A stretch of 64,000 bases of DNA from an uncultured Chthonomonadaceae bacterium (GCA_963817895.1 CAWFQB010000003.1:256001-320000); one strand, 5' to 3'; shown: positions 29,433 through 39,737, numbered from the stretch's first letter. Translations and numbers: made by a program. Notes: generated from the sequence alone by a model not told the origin.

Positions 29433-31127
29433 TTATGGCTTGCGCAGAGTTACGTTGGGGGCTACGCTCCATTTGTAAACGTCGCTGGTATTGAGGGGAT
29501 GAATGGCGTATGCGACGCCGGGAACGAGTTTGGCTTTGTCCTCGCGCAGAATGTGGGCGGTGTAGGCTTGAAAGTCGCGCGCCGAATTGTTGAGGTTGCC
29601 GCCATCCAGCGTAAACCGAACGTCGGGATGGCCTGCCGCTTTCAGAACAAAGTCGTGGCCTGCGTGTTTGTAATAGCGGCTCAGTTGGTGGTAAGTACGC
29701 CCCGTCAGCCACTCTTTGATGCCGATGAGGAAATCAACGTCGGGCGGCAGTTGCTCGGCGGCGGGAACATCGGGCGGATTGGTTTTCGCGCCCTTCCAGT
29801 ATACGGCGTTGATAGTTACGGCGCGTAACTCAGGCGCGTCAATCTCAGGATTGGACACACTGCTGTATTTGCCGAAGTGATCCGAAACGGTCAGCAGCGC
29901 GTACGGATTTACCGACGTGAGTCTGGGTTGATTTGCCGGGTAGCGGGCATAGCGCTTGCCCCACGTTTCAGCCAGCGGAAGTTCGCTGATGTCCTTCACG
30001 GTGTAAATGTGGGTCAGCAGGCCGAAATAGTTCTCATCCAGAATGTTCTGGCCCAACGTGTTGTAGTTCAGGCGCACCCACCTGTGACCGACGTACACCT
30101 CATTGAACAGATGATTGGCAAAGCCATGATTTTCCACGCCCGTTTCCAGCGCCAGTTTCGCGCCGTGATGGTGAATGGCGGACACAAATTTATTCACCTG
30201 CGCCGGATCGTTGCCGTCGAGGGGCGGAATACATACCACTATGCGCGTGGGGATGCCGAGCGCGCGGAAAATGGTTGTCAGATACGTGGAGGTGGACGTG
30301 CAGGAGCCATGCGTTTTGTTGTAAAACATGCCCTTGCCCAGCACTTCATTTTGAAACATGGCCTGATCAGTCGTGTTCTTGCTCGGCTTTTGATTGTTGA
30401 AAGCGTCGCGCAGCCCGGGGGCGACGGTGGGAACGCCGTCAGGGTAGGTGACAAACCAGATGGCGAACACGTCGCTGGTTTTAGCGCGGCGCATCGCCCA
30501 ATCGGAAACCCGCTTGACGAGTTCTTTATCCGTGAGTTTATCCGGCTCGATGCCGTCCTGTTTCAACTGTGTCAGCAGGTCGGCGCGCATTTTCGCGTCC
30601 CAATTCGCGGTCGGCGTGGGCTTCAGGTACGCTTCCACGCCCGCGTCGTAATGCTTCCAATCCCGATTTTCGCCAATGGCTTCCCGGTTGGTATTGAGGG
30701 GATAGTACGTTATTTCCAGCGTGTAGGAATCCTTGTCTTCGGCAAGAACGCGAACATCCTGATAATCGTCGTTCATATCGGCGGGGCGACAGGGTTTGAG
30801 AATTTTGAGCGTGGATGTAATCGTATAGGTGAACTCCCGGCGTTGATCGCCCTGCCCATCCGCAATGCCCTTGCCCGCCGTATCCTTTTTGTTCGGGTCG
30901 GTAAAATACTTGTGGATTTCCTGGAAATTGCTCAGGCCGTCCCCATCCGTATCCGCGACGGGCGTGGGCGCAACCTGACGTTTTGCGCCCGTCGCAGGAA
31001 CCTGTTTGTGCTGCGAACGGGCGTATGTAGGCGTACCGATACTGCCCGCCAGCAAAACCGTCAGGCCAAAAAGTCCGCCTTGTAGCGCGTGGCAAGCGTT
31101 GAAGAAGCGAGGTTTGTTGGGGCGCAT
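29433..31127 (-). CDS. Secreted transglutaminase-like protein with DTDGDG Ca-binding motif
   Basis: Signal peptide, DTDGDGLSN, GSCTSTS...RALGIPTRIV, NHLFNEVY..HRWVRLN. Confidence 0.8.
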   Translation of the reverse strand: MRPNKPRFFNACHALQGGLFGLTVLLAGSIGTPTYARSQHKQVPATGAKRQVAPTPVADTDGDGLSNFQEIHKYFTDPNKKDTAGKGIADGQGDQRREFTYTITSTLKILKPCRPADMNDDYQDVRVLAEDKDSYTLEITYYPLNTNREAIGENRDWKHYDAGVEAYLKPTPTANWDAKMRADLLTQLKQDGIEPDKLTDKELVKRVSDWAMRRAKTSDVFAIWFVTYPDGVPTVAPGLRDAFNNQKPSKNTTDQAMFQNEVLGKGMFYNKTHGSCTSTSTYLTTIFRALGIPTRIVVCIPPLDGNDPAQVNKFVSAIHHHGAKLALETGVENHGFANHLFNEVYVGHRWVRLNYNTLGQNILDENYFGLLTHIYTVKDISELPLAETWGKRYARYPANQPRLTSVNPYALLTVSDHFGKYSSVSNPEIDAPELRAVTINAVYWKGAKTNPPDVPAAEQLPPDVDFLIGIKEWLTGRTYHQLSRYYKHAGHDFVLKAAGHPDVRFTLDGGNLNNSARDFQAYTAHILREDKAKLVPGVAYAIHPLNTSDVYKWSVAPNVTLRKP

Positions 31128-31282
31128 GATTTCTCCAAAAATGAGCGGAAGCTTGAACGCAATCGTTGGGAATAGCTGATAGTTTGCAGACGCGAAAGCG
31201 GGGCGTGTCGGCGTCAAAATTGTACCCGGATTCTGCTATACTACGAGTGGTAATCACAAGCGGGGGCCTGTAAGGAGCGAGA

Positions 31283-31942
31283 ATGTCGGATACGTCGCAA
31301 GTAGCCAATCCCGGCAGCATACTGGTCGAAGCGGTAGGAGCCTTGGTGGAAAAAGAGGTCAACCGCCTGATGCGCCCCATTGCGGAAGAGTACGGCTGCG
31401 TGTACGCGACGGCAGGCAAACCCGATTTCCGCGCCGGCCGTACAACCAAACTGTTGATGAAGGATGCGGCGGGCAGTCAGTTCCAACTGGCGGCTGTCAT
31501 TGCTTCCCGGCGCTTACAACCCCTCATCCTGATTCATGCCGAATGCGCAGGTAATACGGAACATGCGCAGGACAAAGGGAATGACATAGGGGCGGCGCAT
31601 TACTGTTTGCGCGGCGCTTATCCTACCATTCGCCAATCTATTGCAGTTCTTATCGGAAGTTGGAGCGCGTCTTCAAAAGCCCTGATGCGAAGTTCTGACA
31701 TGCTGCTGTTTGAGATTGGGCTTTCCAAAATCGCATCTGCGCTGGCAGAGTACGGCGTTGAATTTGGCGAGAATAAAAATGAGCGGGAGCGCACAAGGGC
31801 TATGCGGCTACAGTGGCAGGATTTGAGCAATACAGAGTATGATGCTATTGCCCATGCGCTGCTGGAAGATATTGAACCGGAGTTGCGTAAGATGCTGCAA
31901 GTCACGCTGAACAAAAGTGTTCCCCCGCCACGTAAGCGGTAA
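31283..31942 (+). CDS. Restriction endonuclease-fold-like protein, probably inactive
   Basis: RBS AAGGAG; the segment FQLAAVI...PLILIHAE...DKG...AH..LR..YPTIR resembles PD-(D/E)xK families but lacks the acidic and Lys residues. Confidence 0.45.
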   Translation: MSDTSQVANPGSILVEAVGALVEKEVNRLMRPIAEEYGCVYATAGKPDFRAGRTTKLLMKDAAGSQFQLAAVIASRRLQPLILIHAECAGNTEHAQDKGNDIGAAHYCLRGAYPTIRQSIAVLIGSWSASSKALMRSSDMLLFEIGLSKIASALAEYGVEFGENKNERERTRAMRLQWQDLSNTEYDAIAHALLEDIEPELRKMLQVTLNKSVPPPRKR

Positions 31943-32041
31943 GAAAACTGCTCTCGAAATGGACGTAAACAGCGTCGTCTTGCGCGAATCTTTTAGCAAC
32001 CTGCATGACCGCAAGCTTACTGAGCTAACTGGCTGAGGTAC

Positions 32042-33070
32042 CTACTCGTGCGTTAGTGTGTTAGCGGTCACAGGTCTATCACTCAGGCGGCGGCGAGGAC
32101 CATCTAATTCCGTATAGAAGCGAGGTTGGTGGCTGCTGTTACGGCGACTGGTTACTACATCATCTCGGATGCCCCGCCCCTGTATGTAAAGTTCTGTCAT
32201 TTCACTCTGCTGCATAAGGTGTTCGACAAAATCTAAGTGGTCGCCTTCTTCAATACCTTCAAGGATAACCTTGTGTTTGTACCCATTTTTCAGATTGTAT
32301 TTCGCTATGTTCAATGTTTTCACCAAGGGACTATAATGGCCAGTGTATATTTTTGCGATGTTTTTATTGTGTACATTGAAAACTCGTTGTACGCAGCAAG
32401 AAAACGTTCATGTGATATTTTCAGCCATTCAACCTGGGCTGAGTACAAGGTAGTCTGTTCGTCAGGCATATCGGCGGGAACATCATCAAAAGCGATAAGC
32501 AATTGAGGGTACTTTGTTCCCACCAAATTTTGCAGGCGCCTGTGATAATCAATGTGGGTATGTTCATCTAACTCCAGTACCAATTTATGCCAGTTTTGCA
32601 AACCCAGTTCATATTTCAGTAACGTCAGGAAGTTATCGAATGTACTCAAATGTTTCAGCGTACCCGCAGATACATTGAATGAGAATTGTTGTACTACCCC
32701 TGCAACACGCCCCTTTGTACGAAACCAACGGGGAAGGACACGCACCAAGGCGCCATCAAGAACAGATTGCTGTAAGTTCATCTAAAGTGTGAATTAATCC
32801 TCCTATCCGCACCGAAGAGTTATCTTTCATTTCCAAGGTGCCTGCGAGGATTTCTGCGGCAAATCTTGTATATTGAAATTGGTTGTCTGACAATTTGACA
32901 TGATCAATTCGCATCCACTCAGGATGCAAGGCGTCGGGACAAACGGCTAAACGCTGCATGACAGCATCAAAAGTTGTTTTGGTTTCCTCTGAAACTTCCG
33001 TGTGCGAAATACTCATTGAAATTTTCCTTGCGAGGCGAATGTCAATCGGTAAAACTTCCTGTTTATCCAT
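32042..33070 (-). CDS. Divergent stand-alone EAL-domain protein (split by frameshifts near 32780 and 32325)
   Basis: Ordered EAL motifs across three ORFs: AVMQ, AEIL, FNVS, LVLELDE, IAFDD, WLKIS, ILEGIEE, YIQG. Confidence 0.72.
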
Positions 33071-33153
33071 TAATAGTGACGCTGATGATTTTTTTGTTCC
33101 CTTATGTTTTCATTAGACATTGACTTACTTGACGCACTAGGCTATACCCGACA

Positions 33154-33188
33154 GTAAAAGGCGCACCCTAATAGGGTGCGCCTTTTAC
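33154..33188. terminator. Bidirectional intrinsic terminator-like hairpin
   Basis: Perfect 16-bp stem GTAAAAGGCGCACCCT-AAT-AGGGTGCGCCTTTTAC. Confidence 0.75.
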
Positions 33189-33368
33189 CATAGGCATATA
33201 TTTAAATGTGTCACCAGATATAGACTTGCAGCGACGCCGGAAGTCCGAACACAGAAGCGGGAAGTAACCTCGCAACACGGCGAATGTAGAGCCGCATGGC
33301 GCAAGCCGCCTGTTGTGGAGTCAAGCGCGTTTCCTTGCGCTTCAGAGCAAGGAAGGGAAGGGGAACCG

Positions 33369-33656
33369 ATGAACACCCTTCTGCCGCATGAACAAAGGCT
33401 CGTGGACTATTTCCGTAAAGTGTTCTCACCTTTTACCGCGCAGGATGTAGACGCTGTCACCTTTTACGAGAAAAGCGCGAACGTAGGCGAAATTGCCGCC
33501 GCGCTGCATCAGGAAATTGAAGCAGTTGCGTACCAATTGGTAACGGCGTACCTCAAACTGACGTTTCTCAACACCGCAGAACTGCGCAAACCGTTCTACG
33601 CAGTCGGCTATCCCTTCAACCGGGAACGAGTCCCGAAGGGCGGCTATCGCCACTAA
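33369..33656 (+). CDS. Small protein, possible HTH
   Basis: Purine-rich RBS; FTAQDVDAVTFY....VGEIAAALHQEIEAV resembles a LuxR/sigma4-like HTH. Confidence 0.45.
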   Translation: MNTLLPHEQRLVDYFRKVFSPFTAQDVDAVTFYEKSANVGEIAAALHQEIEAVAYQLVTAYLKLTFLNTAELRKPFYAVGYPFNRERVPKGGYRH

Positions 33657-33752
33657 CCAAAACGACACATTTTGTCGCTTGGTATATCGCTCTATCGAAT
33701 AGAGCCTAAATATTCAGAAGCGTTAGTGATTATCACTAACGCTTCTGAATAT

Positions 33753-33959
33753 TTATCTAGTGGCTGTATTTCCGCGCTTTTGTTCAACAGGAATATCTCG
33801 CGTCATTCTAGTTTTTGGGAGCGCGGCTTCTGCTTCCCTTTCGATCTCGACGCGTACTTGTTGAAGTACAGACAAGGTGTATTTGCCGTTATCTTTTTCT
33901 TGCAGCTTTCGCGGCACGGCGTTGTGCATGGTCTTCGTGGCTGTTTGCCTATTCTTCAT
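33753..33959 (-). CDS. Small hypothetical protein
   Basis: ATG overlaps the stop of the upstream GAF gene (ATGA coupling). Confidence 0.4.
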   Translation of the reverse strand: MKNRQTATKTMHNAVPRKLQEKDNGKYTLSVLQQVRVEIEREAEAALPKTRMTRDIPVEQKRGNTATR

Positions 33960-35092
33960 TGTTTTACCTTCTGCTTAACCGCACCTGCCGAGCTATGAGC
34001 ATCGTTGCAAAGGAGCATTGCTCCGTAGACGTTCATAACCATGTTGTAGAAGTGATTATCGGCAGGGTCAAAGCTCCGCTTCACCCTAGAATATACGGAG
34101 ATAACATAGTTTACGTTTTCTCCAGTATTTCCTCCTACGACAGGGAAGCATATTAAAGCCCCTTCGCCGCCGCTAGGATTTTTGTCTGATACGACAAAGT
34201 GCGCATCATCTCCTTTACGCAACTCAAGTGCTAGGTCTGGAATGACAACTAGCTCCTTGGTTTCGATGCAGTGTGAAAAGCATGTGCCAGGTTTAGAAAG
34301 CTCAGCTACCGTAGAATGCGCTGGCGCACCTTCGGGAGCACGCGCAATAATCGCATCTAGCTTTCCATTATTCACTTTCACCACAAGCACTTTCAAGTCT
34401 TCTACTCGCAGACTAGCGATTCCTGCAAAAGTTATTGCTAAATGCGCGGCAACTTCTTCAGCAATAAGTGATTCACGCCTGCTGACATTACGACGGTTTG
34501 TAACGCTATGCTGTTCATATATTTTTGGTAGCTTTAATGCGCAACGCTTTATCGCAGCCAACGCTTCAGACAGCAGTTCAGCTTGCGCATGGTCATCCCT
34601 CACTTCAATTAGCTTCAATACCTTTTTTATGCCGCCAAGTAGAGGAGATATACAAAGCAATACGAACGGATACGTTTTGTGGTGTTCTAGCCATGTAGGG
34701 TGCATAGCCAGACTATCAGCATAGTCCTTCTTAACGGCCAGAAAGACAGCGAAATTTGCTGTCGTTCCAATGACCCACGCCGCCAATGACCAAAAAACGC
34801 TATGGTCAAGTGCTGAATTCCACTTTCCTGCTCGCTGACGCAATTGCCATTTCCAATGGCTGGCATAATGCAATTCCATAGTGAACCAATTCATAGCTCC
34901 ACGCCATTTGCGCGAAACTCGTTGGAATATAGTATCTTTGGCTTCTTCTGTACTTTCCTGAGTGTTACCAACGATTGAAGTCGTGTCTTCACTTTCTAAA
35001 ATTGTTGGTGAAGGTTGCGTATTTTCTTGATGAACAGGACTTGTTGTTGGAAGTGGTTCAACTTCGTTTTCACTATTCAATCGTTGTAACAT
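33956..35092 (-). CDS. 2TM protein with C-terminal GAF-like domain
   Basis: Disordered N-terminus, two TMs, then GTCFSHCIETKELVVIPDL...ALICFPV...VISVYS...SFD (GAF pattern). Confidence 0.7.
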   Translation of the reverse strand: MLQRLNSENEVEPLPTTSPVHQENTQPSPTILESEDTTSIVGNTQESTEEAKDTIFQRVSRKWRGAMNWFTMELHYASHWKWQLRQRAGKWNSALDHSVFWSLAAWVIGTTANFAVFLAVKKDYADSLAMHPTWLEHHKTYPFVLLCISPLLGGIKKVLKLIEVRDDHAQAELLSEALAAIKRCALKLPKIYEQHSVTNRRNVSRRESLIAEEVAAHLAITFAGIASLRVEDLKVLVVKVNNGKLDAIIARAPEGAPAHSTVAELSKPGTCFSHCIETKELVVIPDLALELRKGDDAHFVVSDKNPSGGEGALICFPVVGGNTGENVNYVISVYSRVKRSFDPADNHFYNMVMNVYGAMLLCNDAHSSAGAVKQKVKQ

Positions 35093-35415
35093 TTTGCGAG
35101 TACCTAATGTAGTATTAGACTAAACAGCTAAACGCTGTACAAACGTGGGGAATTGAACAAAATTCAAGTGCTTAGGCGGTAGACAATATGGAAGCATCTT
35201 AACAAATATCTACGGAAGTGTTATACCACAAAACAGTCAAAATAGTATTCTAGAACTGTTGAATAAAGCATTAAGTTTCTCAATAAGTGATCCCTCGCTG
35301 AAAGCTGACCAGAAGCCCGTCCTGTTTCACAAAGCCGTCAATATCGCCGATGCGCTTAATTTTAGGCACAAAACCTGCGCCGAGACTGGCAACGACCTGA
35401 AGACGGAAGATTTCA

Positions 35416-35474
35416 CCCTCACCCCCGGCCCCTCTCTTCCTGATTCGTCCGCAATGCGGACAGGGAGAGGGGAG
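35416..35474. repeat. CCCTCACCCC-type extragenic palindromic element
   Basis: CCCTCACCCCCGGCCCCTCTCTTCCTG...CAGGGAGAGGGGAG; a weaker similar element lies near 4605-4640. Confidence 0.55.
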
Positions 35475-35599
35475 CGAATGTGTTCACTTTTGCGCGTTTT
35501 CATTCAGCAGTGAGCGCGTTTTTACAATTCACTGGCACAAACAAGGGAACAAATAAAACGCAAACACAAAAGAAAAATTTGTGATCCCCGGCAAAAGGC

Positions 35600-35629
35600 T
35601 GCAACTTTCCCCCTCCACATATCGTCTGA
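35600..35629 (+). promoter_or_regulatory. Putative ECF-sigma promoter
   Basis: TGCAAC-N17-CGTCTGA. Confidence 0.35.
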
Positions 35630-35866
35630 TTATCTGCACATGCGTCTACTATACAGGAGAGGGGACAGCCGCCTATGCTCTGCCTGCTCCCATTGCCGCC
35701 TTGACGCCGCTGAGGTCACGACGCCTCCACTGTAAAATTGCATAACACAACGAGACATCGGGCTGGAAGCGCTGCATTGCCACTATTTCGACGCTGTCTC
35801 TACATATTGCTTTTTTATCTCGACCTTTGCGCACCAACTCTTTTTTCTTCATTAGCAGGCGCATTA

Positions 35867-36553
35867 TTACCGATAATCAGGACGAGTGGCATACGCGATG
35901 GGGTCTTCCACGCCTGCGCGCTGAAAACCGCGCAGGCGCAGGGCGCAACTGTCGCACACGCCGCAGGCCAAGTCCTCGCTCTGGTAACAACTCCATGTCA
36001 GATGCAGGGGCGCGTCCAGTTCCAGCCCTTTGCGGATGATGGCCTCTTTGGTCAGATAGATAATCGGCGTTTCGATGCGAATGTCGCCTGCCGCCGTGCC
36101 AAGCCGGATCACCTCGTTGAACGCGGCATAGTATTCCGGGCGGCAGTCGGGATAGCCGCTGCTGTCTTCATAGACCGCGCCGATGTACAGCCGTTTCGCG
36201 TCGCATACTTCCGCCCACGACACGCCCACGCTCAGAATATGCGCGTTGCGAAACGGCACATACGACGTGGGAATCGCCGTGATTTTCCAAATCGGCCTGC
36301 GTGACCGGAATACTCGCGTCCGTCAGACTGCTGCCGCCAATGGCCGCAAGGTGCGCGATGGAGCAGACCATTCGCCGCGCATGGGGAATGCTGGTAAAAA
36401 TCGGCGAGTGCGTGAAACGCCTGCAATTCGCCGCTGTTCCGTGCGCTGCCCGTAATTCAGATGCAGAAAATTCAGTTCGTGTCCGTCTTCCCGCGCCAAT
36501 GCCGCCGTCACGCACGAATCCATGCCGCCCGAAACCAGTACAATCGCCCGCAT
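35867..36553 (-). CDS. queC: 7-cyano-7-deazaguanine synthase (frameshifted)
   Basis: [47 protein letters not shown]. Confidence 0.93.
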
Positions 36554-36572
36554 AAGCCTTGCTCCTCGTGGT

Positions 36573-36697
36573 TATTCACCACCAGGACACAAAGTACACC
36601 AAGAGAAAAGAGGAAGATAAAAAAGACTATTTCCAGTCAATCCTCCCATAGTTTTTCTTTGTATTACTTGGTGTTCTTCGTGTCTTGGTGGTGAATA
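36573..36697. repeat. Inverted repeat with 9-bp periodic arms
   Basis: 31-bp arms at 36573-36603 and 36667-36697 with 3 mismatches; unit ACAC[CA]AAG. Confidence 0.85.
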
Positions 36698-36804
36698 GGT
36701 ATTTCTTCGCGTTTGCCCAATGCTGTAAACCACTATTCTACCGCGAAAGTCTCTCCTGCTGTTGAGAAAATAGCCGGTATCGTTCGTATTAGTATGTGGA
36801 ACGG

Positions 36805-36840
36805 TTGACGCGGCTTACCTAATTGTGATAAAATTCACAG
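36805..36840 (+). promoter_or_regulatory. nuo promoter with overlapping Rex/CRP-like operator
   Basis: TTGACG-N18-TAAAAT (TGn extension); TTGTGATAAAATTCACAG at 36823-36840 covers the -10. Confidence 0.7.
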
Positions 36841-36950
36841 AATTAGAAAAGGCGGTGTTCAGGTGTTCGGACCTGTTCCGACGCTTGCGCTGAAAACCTG
36901 TTGGGAACAAACCGCCGTCGCCCGACGTAACAGGGCAGAGGAACATATCA

Positions 36951-37553
36951 GTGAACAGTTATATACCGATTGCCGTGATGATGCTAGTGGCGCCGTGATT
37001 GCCGCCGCTATGGTGGGCGGCTCGTTCTTTCTCGGCCCCAAAAAGCCCGGCGCGCAGAAATCCACGCCGTATGAGTGCGGCATGACGCCCGTTGGCTCGG
37101 CCCGCGAGCGGTTTCCCGATCAAGTTCTACCTGATCGCCATGCTGTTCATCGTGTTCGACATCGAAACCATCTTCCTGTATCCCTGGGCCGTCAACTACG
37201 GCACCCTCGGCCACTCCCTGAAAGTGTTCAACCTGATCGAAATGGCCGTGTTCGTCGTGATCCTGTTCGTGGGCTACTTCTACATTCTGGGCAAGGGCGC
37301 GCTGGATTGGGACGAGAGCGAGCAGGCCAAGAACGCCGACGTGCTTTCCGCCCGCGTCGTCGCCCCCCGCGCCGCCATTCGCTTCGGCAACGAGAAGTCC
37401 GGCCCTGCCGACCTGTCCAGAACGCCCGTCGGCCCGCGCGTTCCCACTTTGGCGCGAGTTCGCAGGAACTCTACCAGCGCATGCCCAATCAGACGTGTCC
37501 CACCGCCGGCCCGTGACGTGCCGCGCATCGGCGCGTCACCGACGGGTAGGTAG
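36951..37553 (+). CDS. nuoA: NADH-quinone oxidoreductase subunit A with C-terminal extension (frameshifted)
   Basis: [37 protein letters not shown]. Confidence 0.92.
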
Positions 37554-37665
37554 GTAGATGAGTAGATAGCGTAGAAGCGCCTTCTCAATTAAGATTGTAT
37601 ATGTCAGCAAGGCTTGCGGGTGAATTCCTACCTATCTACCGACCTACCCATCTACCCATCTACCC
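37544..37665. repeat. Inverted octamer-array hairpin (GGTAGATG/CATCTACC)
   Basis: Fills the nuoA-nuoC junction and overlaps the nuoA stop. Confidence 0.8.
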
Positions 37666-37676
37666 AAGAGGTACTC

Positions 37677-38395
37677 ATGGTTCAATCGCCCCCGCCACCC
37701 GCCGCAGCAACAACCGTTCCAGAGCGGCTGGAAGTGCAAAAAATTCGCGCTCTGTTTCCCGGACGCCATTCTGGACGTCAATCTGTTTCGCGGCGACACG
37801 CGCATTCTGGTGCAGCGGCAGCACATCGTGGAAGTCTGCCGACTGATGCGCGACGACCCGGAATTGCAATACAACTTTTTTGTCGAGTGCCTGGGCGTGG
37901 ACTATCTGGACTACCGCGACGACTACCGCTTCGAGGTCGTCTACAATCTGTACTCGCTGCCCTATGAACAGAACGGCGATCCGGTACGGGCATAACACCG
38001 CGCATTTTCCTGAAAGTGCCGGTGCCGGAAGAAGACGCGGTCGTGCCGAGCGTGACGAGCATGTATCCGGGCGCGAACTTTCCCGAGCGGGAAATCTTCG
38101 ATATGTTCGGCGTGCGATTTTGCGGGCCATCCCGACCTGCGCCGCATTCTGATGTCGGACGACTGGGTTGGGCATCCGCAGCGCAAAGACTATCCGCTCG
38201 GCGGCGAACGCGTCCAGTTCCCGGCAGGCAAATACGGCCCGTCCGTTGGCGAAGTGCCGGTGCAGCACCCCGGCGAGTCGTTCTACGGCAAGACCGGGCG
38301 ACGCGCAGGGCGAAAAGTACGGCAACGTCCGCACCCCCACGCCGGACGCAGGGCCGGGGACGCTGTTGCCGCCGCCGCGAGAACCGGGGAAATAG
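37677..38395 (+). CDS. nuoC: NADH-quinone oxidoreductase subunit C (frameshifted)
   Basis: [38 protein letters not shown]. Confidence 0.92.
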
Positions 38396-38473
38396 GTGTC
38401 AGGTTTCAGGTTTCAGGGAACTCGCCTATTGAGCAGAGACTTCCTGAAACCTGACACCTGAAACCTGAAACCT
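38394..38473. repeat. Inverted heptamer-array hairpin (CAGGTTT/AAACCTG)
   Basis: Fills the nuoC-nuoD junction. Confidence 0.88.
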
Positions 38474-38489
38474 TCCCGAAGGGAACATC

Positions 38490-39737
38490 ATGGCAATTGA
38501 TGAAAGACGCTTGAACGAACTGAATACGCGCGTCATGAACGCGCAGGGCGTACAGATTGATGCGCTCGACGACCAGACGATGGTCGTCAACATGGGGCCG
38601 CAGCATCCGAGTACGCACGGCGTTTTGCGCGTGGTGCTGGAACTCGACGGCGAAGTGATCGTCCGCGCCACGCCGCATATCGGCTACGTCCATACCGGCA
38701 TCGAAAAGACCATCGAATACAAGACGTACATGAAGGCGGTCACGCTGACGGACCGCATGGATTACGTGGCGTCCCTGCTGGAAAACAGCGCGTACTCGCT
38801 CTCTGTGGAGAAACTGCTCGGTATTGAGATACCGCCGCGCGGGCAGGTTCTGCGCGTGATGCTGATGGAATTGGAGCGGCTTGCCAGCCATCTGGTCTGG
38901 CTGGGAACGCACATTCTCGATCTGGGCGCCATGACCGATCTTCTTCTACGCCTTTCAGCAGCGCGAAAAGATACTGGACCTGAAAGAGATGATGTCCGGC
39001 GTCCGCATGATGACCAGTTGGATCGTGCCGGGCGGACTGCGCGGCGATGCCCCGGATGGCTGGCTGGACCGCGCCAAAGACTTCGTGGACGGTTTCCCCC
39101 GCGCTATGGACGAGATCGAAAACCTGCTCAACGCCAACCCGATTTTCCGGGAGCGCACGCAGGGCGTGGGAACCATCAGCGTGGAGGACTGCCTCGCGCT
39201 CGGCGTGGGCGGCCCGACCCTGCGCGCAGCGGGCGTCAACTACGACATCCGCAAGGCCGCGCCTACAGCGGCTACGAGAATTTCGAGTTTTCACGTCCCG
39301 ACGGGCGAGTTCAGCGACGTGTACGACCGTTATCCGCGTCCGCATGGCCGAAATGATACCAGAGCCGCGAGATCATCAAGCAGTGCATCGAGAACATGCC
39401 CACCGGCCCGATCAACATCGACGACCGCAAAATCGTGCCGCCGCCGCGCCAGGAACTCGACAACAGCATGGAAGCGGTCATCCACCACTTCAAGCTGTGG
39501 ACGGAAGGCTTCCATCCGCCCGTCGGCGAGGCGTATGTTCCCATTGAAAGCGGCAAGGGCGAAGCGGGCTTCTACATCGTCAGCGACGGCACCAACCGTC
39601 CGTATCGCTGCCACCGCCGCCCCGCCAGTTTCATGAACCTGCAGGCGCTCTCGAAAATGTCCGAGGGCCGCTTGATCGCCGACGTGGTCGCCATCATCGG
39701 CAGCATTGATATTATTCTGGGTGAAATTGATAGGTAA
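38490..39737 (+). CDS. nuoD: NADH-quinone oxidoreductase subunit D (frameshifted)
   Basis: NMGPQHPSTHGVLR, DRMDY, SMEAVIHHFK, GSIDIILGEIDR. Confidence 0.95.

Noticed and set aside
33071..33360. c-di-GMP riboswitch upstream of the EAL gene
   Set aside because: A terminator is present but I could not see the GEMM motif on either strand; an Rfam scan would settle it
35175..35182. ops-like GGCGGTAG
   Set aside because: It is on the strand opposite the adjacent gene and lacks the downstream TG; probably chance
31960..35280. Prophage or integrative element call for the AT-rich islet
   Set aside because: No integrase, transposase, tRNA or flanking direct repeats were seen
35867..36553. queC as part of a Qat or dpd defence system next to the AT-rich islet
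   Set aside because: It has canonical length and motifs and host-like GC, and no qat or dpd partners are adjacent
36554..36800. preQ1 riboswitch upstream of queC
   Set aside because: No preQ1 stem-loop with an A-rich tail was recognised; the region holds a 9-mer inverted repeat
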